A DNA stretch of 64,000 nt, from contig CAVQFQ010000004.1 in assembly GCA_963711835.1 (NCBI GenBank), positions 384,001 through 448,000 on the forward strand. The letters run 5' to 3'. The position numbers and the translations under genes were made by a program. This stretch comes from an uncultured delta proteobacterium (GTDB lineage Bacteria > Desulfobacterota > RBG-13-43-22). This document shows, in pieces, positions 59,600 to 64,000 of this stretch (its first letter is position 1; the number at the start of each line of letters is the position of its first letter). The notes beneath the pieces were generated by a model. It worked only from the letters and a program-made list of their open reading frames with translations, was not told the DNA's origin and searched no databases.

Positions 59600-62020
59600 A
59601 TGAGTTATCAAATCAAACGCGCCATGGTCATCGGTTCCGGGGTCATGGGCGGCGGGATTGCCGGCCATCTGGCCAACGCCGGTATCCCGGTTTACCTGGT
59701 GGACATTGTGCCCCGCAAGCTGACCCCTGCGGAAGAAGCCAAAGGCCTCACGCTGGAGAGTCCGGCTGTGCGAAACCGGATCGTCAATCAGGGGATGGAC
59801 TATTTAAAAAAATCCAAACCCCCCGGGTTGTTCAGCCCCACCCGTCTAGAACTGATCAGCGCCGGGAACATGGAGGACCAGTGGGACTGGATTAAAGAGG
59901 CCGACTGGATTATCGAGGTGGTCGTGGAAAACCTGGAGATTAAGCATCAGGTCATGGCCAGGATTGAGGAAACCCGCCGTCCGGGAAGCATTGTTTCCAG
60001 CAATACCTCCGGCCTGCCTATCGGCCGGATTGCCGAAGGCCGGTCCGATGAGTTTAAGGCCCATTTCCTGGGAACCCACTTCTTTAACCCGGCCCGTTAC
60101 CTGAAATTGCTGGAAATCATCCCCACGCCGGATACGGATCCCGAGCTGGTCAAATTCATGATGAAATTCGGGGAACGCCGTTTGGGCAAGACCATGGTCT
60201 TGTGCAAAGACACTCCCAACTTCATCGCCAACCGGGTAGCCTCCATTACCGGGACCTCGGGATTGAACTACATCCTGCAGAACGACTACACCATCGAAGA
60301 AGTCGATGCCGTAACCGGCCCCCTGATCGGCCATCCCAAAACCGCTTCCTTCCGCCTCCAGGATCTGGTGGGTCTGGATGTAAGCAGCCACGTAGCCAAT
60401 AATCTTTATCCGGCCATACCCGATGATCCTTTCCGGGAAGCCATTGTTGGTCCGGTCAAAGACCTGATCTCCAACATGGTGGGAAAAGGCTGGCTGGGGA
60501 ACAAGGCCGGCCAGGGCTTTTATAAAAAAATTAAAACGCCTAACGGCAAGAAGGCCTATCAGGTCCTGGATCTCAAAACCTTGGCCTACCGGGATGAACA
60601 GAAACCATCCCTGCCCCTGGTCAAGCAGGCCAAGGCAATCGAGTCCCTGCCGGACCGCCTTCGATTCATCATTAAGCAGGATGACAGGATGGCCAGGCTG
60701 ATCTGGAACAATACCGCTCTGGCCCTGGCGTACTGTGCCTACCTGATCCCGGAAATCAGCGACTCTTTTTTTGCGGTGGATGACGCCGTCAAGTCGGGCT
60801 TCTTTCATGAGATGGGCCCTTTTGAAATCTGGGACGCCCTGGGGGTAAAGGAAACGGCCGCCCGCATGGAAGCCGACGGCTTTACCGTCGCAGCCTGGGT
60901 AAAGGAAATGATCCAGGCCGGCGGAGAAAGCTTTTATCAGAAAGAAGGGATTAAAAAATTATATTGGGATCAGAACAGACGGGCCTACCGGCCTATGCCG
61001 GTGGATCCCAATCTCATCATCCTGGCCGATCGCAAGGAAGAGGTCGGGGTGGTGGCCAAGAACTTCAGCGCTTCCCTGATTGATTTGGGTGACGGGGTGC
61101 TCGGCCTGGAATTCCATTCCAAGATGAACGCCCTGGATCCCGATATCTTTGCCATGGGTTACACGGCCCTGGAGGAGTTGGAAAAGGACGCCTATGTCGG
61201 GCTGGTCATCGGCAACCAGGCCCAGAATTTCTCGGTCGGCGCCAATGTCTTTAACGTAGTTATGGCGGCCGAGAACAAGATGTGGGATGAAATAGAAAAA
61301 GGCACCAAAAGTCTCCAGGACCTGATGATGGGCTTCCGCTACTGTCCCAAACCCGTGGTGGCCGCCCCGTACGGTATGGCCCTGGGCGGCGGAGCCGAGG
61401 TCTGTCTGGCCGCCGACCGCATCTGCGCCGCAGCCGAGTCCTATATCGGCTTGGTCGAGGTCGGCGTCGGCCTGCTGCCGGCCGGCGGCGGCTGCCGGGA
61501 GCTCTTGAAACGAGTGGTCAGCCCGCCCATGAAGATCGCCGATTCGGATCCCCTGCCCTTTTTGGGCAAGGTCTTTGAAAACATCGCCATGGCCAAGGTC
61601 AGCGCCAGCGCCCTGCAGGCCCGGGAGATGGGCTTTCTGACCGAGGCCGACCCGATTGTCATGAAGGCCGAACACATCCTGGCTGAGGCCAAACGGATGG
61701 TGTTGGAAATGGCTGCAGCAGGGTATGCCCCACCGGCGCGGACCAAGTCCGTCTACGCACTGGGGAAACGCGGCATAGCCGCCCTGGGCATAATGGTTAA
61801 GACCATGCGCTGGGGGGACTATATTTCCGATTACGACATGTTCATCGCCAATAAGATCGCTTATGTCCTGTCAGGCGGCCCGCTCAGCGCCCCCCAGTGG
61901 GTGGATGAACAGGTTATTCTGGACCTGGAGCGCGAGGCCTTTCTCTCCCTTTGCGGGCAGGAAAAAACCATTGAACGCATTAAACATCTGCTGATGACCG
62001 GCAAGCCCTTGCGGAATTAA
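59600..62020 (+). CDS. 3-hydroxyacyl-CoA dehydrogenase/enoyl-CoA hydratase (FadN-like)
   Basis: GSGVMG, SSNTSG, HFFNP, DTPNFIANR, C-terminal crotonase domain, GKPLRN. Confidence 0.92.
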   Translation: MSYQIKRAMVIGSGVMGGGIAGHLANAGIPVYLVDIVPRKLTPAEEAKGLTLESPAVRNRIVNQGMDYLKKSKPPGLFSPTRLELISAGNMEDQWDWIKEADWIIEVVVENLEIKHQVMARIEETRRPGSIVSSNTSGLPIGRIAEGRSDEFKAHFLGTHFFNPARYLKLLEIIPTPDTDPELVKFMMKFGERRLGKTMVLCKDTPNFIANRVASITGTSGLNYILQNDYTIEEVDAVTGPLIGHPKTASFRLQDLVGLDVSSHVANNLYPAIPDDPFREAIVGPVKDLISNMVGKGWLGNKAGQGFYKKIKTPNGKKAYQVLDLKTLAYRDEQKPSLPLVKQAKAIESLPDRLRFIIKQDDRMARLIWNNTALALAYCAYLIPEISDSFFAVDDAVKSGFFHEMGPFEIWDALGVKETAARMEADGFTVAAWVKEMIQAGGESFYQKEGIKKLYWDQNRRAYRPMPVDPNLIILADRKEEVGVVAKNFSASLIDLGDGVLGLEFHSKMNALDPDIFAMGYTALEELEKDAYVGLVIGNQAQNFSVGANVFNVVMAAENKMWDEIEKGTKSLQDLMMGFRYCPKPVVAAPYGMALGGGAEVCLAADRICAAAESYIGLVEVGVGLLPAGGGCRELLKRVVSPPMKIADSDPLPFLGKVFENIAMAKVSASALQAREMGFLTEADPIVMKAEHILAEAKRMVLEMAAAGYAPPARTKSVYALGKRGIAALGIMVKTMRWGDYISDYDMFIANKIAYVLSGGPLSAPQWVDEQVILDLEREAFLSLCGQEKTIERIKHLLMTGKPLRN

Positions 62021-62029
62021 GGAGGAATT

Positions 62030-63211
62030 ATGATGAAAGAAGTCTGGATTGTCTCAGCGGCACGGACCGCTGTGGGACGGGCCAAACGGGGAACCCTGGT
62101 AAACGAGCGCCCCGATGATATGGCCGCCGTCTGTCTAAATGAAGTCATTAAACGGGCCCCCGGGGTAGAGAAGGGCGAGGTCGATGATGTGGTCCTGGGC
62201 TGCGCCTTTCCCGAACACACCCAGGGCATGAATATGGGCCGCCTGGCCCTGTTGCGGGCCGGGTTTCCTTATACGGTTCCGGGTCAAACCATCAACCGTT
62301 TCTGCTCCTCCGGGCTGCAGGCCATCGCCATCGGCGCCCAGCAGATCCTGACCGGTATGTGCGAAGTGGTCATTGCCGGGGGCGCGGAGTCCATGAGCCA
62401 GGTGCCTATGCCGGGCCTCTTTTTTTCGCCGAACCCGACGGCAGTAGCCGAGTTCCCCGAACTCTATATGGGTATGGGTCTGACGGCCGAAGAGGTGGCC
62501 AAGAAATACAACGTCAGCCGTCAGGACCAGGATGCCTTCGGTCTGCGCAGCAATGAAAAGGCCCTGGCCGCCATCAAGGCCGGAAAATTCAAGGACGAGG
62601 TCGTTCCCCTGGAGGTCAAAACCGTCCAGGTGGGCGACGACGGCAAGATAAAAGAGAAAGTCAAGGTCTTTGCCGTGGATGAAGGCCCCCGGGCCACTAC
62701 CCTGGAACAGATGGCCTCCCTCAAACCGGCCTTTATGAAAAACGGCACGGTCACAGCCGGCAATTCTTCCCAGATGAGCGATGCCGCTGCCGCCGTCTTA
62801 ATGATGACGGCTGAAAAAGCCAAGGCCAAGGGTCTGAAGCCCCTGGCCCGTTATGTGGGTTTTGCCGTGGCCGGGGTACCGCCGGAAATCATGGGTGTGG
62901 GACCCATGTACGCTATTCCCCAGGTGATGAAGGTCACCGGCCTGAAGCTGGATCAGATCGATTTGTTTGAAATCAATGAGGCCTTTGCCTCCCAGGCCCT
63001 GGCCAGCGTCCGTGAATTGGGCATCGACCCTGACAAGGTCAACGTCAACGGCGGCGCCATTGCCCTGGGTCATCCCCTGGGAGCCACCGGGGCCAAGCTG
63101 ACCGTCCAAATCCTTTCTGAGATGAAACGCCGAGGATCCAAATACGGCGTGGTCTCCATGTGTATCGGCGGCGGTATGGGCGCAGCCGGGATTTTTGAAA
63201 ATCTGCAATAA
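62030..63211 (+). CDS. fadA: 3-ketoacyl-CoA thiolase
   Basis: [26 protein letters not shown]. Confidence 0.93.
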   Translation: MMKEVWIVSAARTAVGRAKRGTLVNERPDDMAAVCLNEVIKRAPGVEKGEVDDVVLGCAFPEHTQGMNMGRLALLRAGFPYTVPGQTINRFCSSGLQAIAIGAQQILTGMCEVVIAGGAESMSQVPMPGLFFSPNPTAVAEFPELYMGMGLTAEEVAKKYNVSRQDQDAFGLRSNEKALAAIKAGKFKDEVVPLEVKTVQVGDDGKIKEKVKVFAVDEGPRATTLEQMASLKPAFMKNGTVTAGNSSQMSDAAAAVLMMTAEKAKAKGLKPLARYVGFAVAGVPPEIMGVGPMYAIPQVMKVTGLKLDQIDLFEINEAFASQALASVRELGIDPDKVNVNGGAIALGHPLGATGAKLTVQILSEMKRRGSKYGVVSMCIGGGMGAAGIFENLQ

Positions 63212-63222
63212 ATAAACAGCTC

Positions 63223-63263
63223 GAGGGGCAAGGTGCAGGACGCCAGTCCTGCACCTTGCCCCT
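63223..63263 (+). terminator. Hairpin downstream of the thiolase gene
   Basis: AGGGGCAAGGTGCAGGAC-GCCA-GTCCTGCACCTTGCCCCT. Confidence 0.55.
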
Positions 63264-63348
63264 TGAGCCTTACACCTTTAGTTTCACACCTTAATTTTTA
63301 GTCCCACATCAATACCCTGCACTTCAGGCCTTACGACTTTAGGAGGAA

Positions 63349-63999
63349 ATGATGGAAACCATCTCCACGGTATTCCTCAGGCAGGTCATGAAATACCAAA
63401 CCCGTCCTGCTTTGATGGTTAAAAAGGAAGGGACCTATCAGCCCCTTTCCTGGCAGGATTGGTATGAACAGGTGGCCTCATTCGGCCTGGGACTTCATGA
63501 CTTGGAGATCGGCCCCGGAGATGCCGTGGCCATCCTCTGCAACAACCGCCCCGAGTGGATGACCGCCGATCTGGCCATCTTAGGTCTGGGGGCTATGACC
63601 ATTCCCATCTATGCCACCAACACCGCTGATCAGGCGGCCTTTATCCTTCAAGACGCCCGATGCAAGGCTGTCATTGTAGAAAACCCCGATCAGTGGCAAA
63701 AAATTGCCCTGGTCAAGAACCGACTGACTGATTTGAACACGGTCATCCAAATGGACGGGCTCCCTCATTCCACCTCAAACCGTTTGGCCTTTTTCGATGT
63801 TCTGGCCAAAGGCCTGGGCCTGCTGAAAACGGATCCGGGCCTTTTCCCCAGGCTTTCTTCTCAGGCTCTCCCGGAAGATATCTGTACCATTGTCTATACT
63901 TCAGGAACCACCGGGCCTCCCAAAGGGGCCATGCTCAGCCATGATAATATCCTCTCCGTAATCCGGATGCTCGGCCGGGTTGTTCCGGCCACCGACCGG
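63349..63999 (+). CDS. Long-chain fatty acyl-CoA ligase (3' truncated by window)
   Basis: AGGAGG RBS; NRPEW, IPIYATN, IVYTSGTTGPPKGAMLSH; absent from the ORF track. Confidence 0.9.
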   Translation, partial: MMETISTVFLRQVMKYQTRPALMVKKEGTYQPLSWQDWYEQVASFGLGLHDLEIGPGDAVAILCNNRPEWMTADLAILGLGAMTIPIYATNTADQAAFILQDARCKAVIVENPDQWQKIALVKNRLTDLNTVIQMDGLPHSTSNRLAFFDVLAKGLGLLKTDPGLFPRLSSQALPEDICTIVYTSGTTGPPKGAMLSHDNILSVIRMLGRVVPATDR

Positions 64000-64000
64000 G

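Overview
This is a 64 kb bacterial chromosomal window. Gene content (MOP-type aldehyde oxidoreductase, ETF with a membrane Fe-S partner, AbfD, DUF1847, a sigma-54 promoter) suggests an anaerobic Desulfobacterota/Deltaproteobacteria-like organism; that assignment is inference. Layout: (1) proS 3' end, rel(relA/spoT) and an enoyl-CoA hydratase/HIBCH gene. (2) A ~9 kb accessory island bounded by a degenerate ~124 bp duplicate of the rel 3' end. It holds a five-unit array in which toxin-antitoxin modules alternate with repeated 5' stubs of a NERD/helicase-like gene carrying a conserved AAGAACGTCYYRGTCTCYAT-type motif; two units also carry a RAYT-like transposase tail. A collapsed type III restriction/UvrD locus and more TA genes follow. 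(3) A frameshifted Rhs/YD gene with a secreted partner. (4) rpmB and purM. (5) A sigma-54 catabolic cluster: CreD-like HD phosphohydrolase, SDR, two-subunit phenylphosphate-synthase/CreHI-like kinase, ETF system, COG1233 flavoprotein, Mo aldehyde oxidoreductase and DUF89 phosphatase, with no carboxylase. (6) abfD, metal-related genes, hgcC-like gene plus arsM, an aminotransferase, an RRM protein, and a duplicated cupin flanking a surface-protein gene. (7) A TetR-controlled Liu/Atu-like and beta-oxidation region. A ~215 bp long-hairpin element with covarying stems occurs twice. All family calls come from motif recognition by eye, with no database searches. Indels cluster in accessory DNA, so decay cannot be separated from sequencing error.
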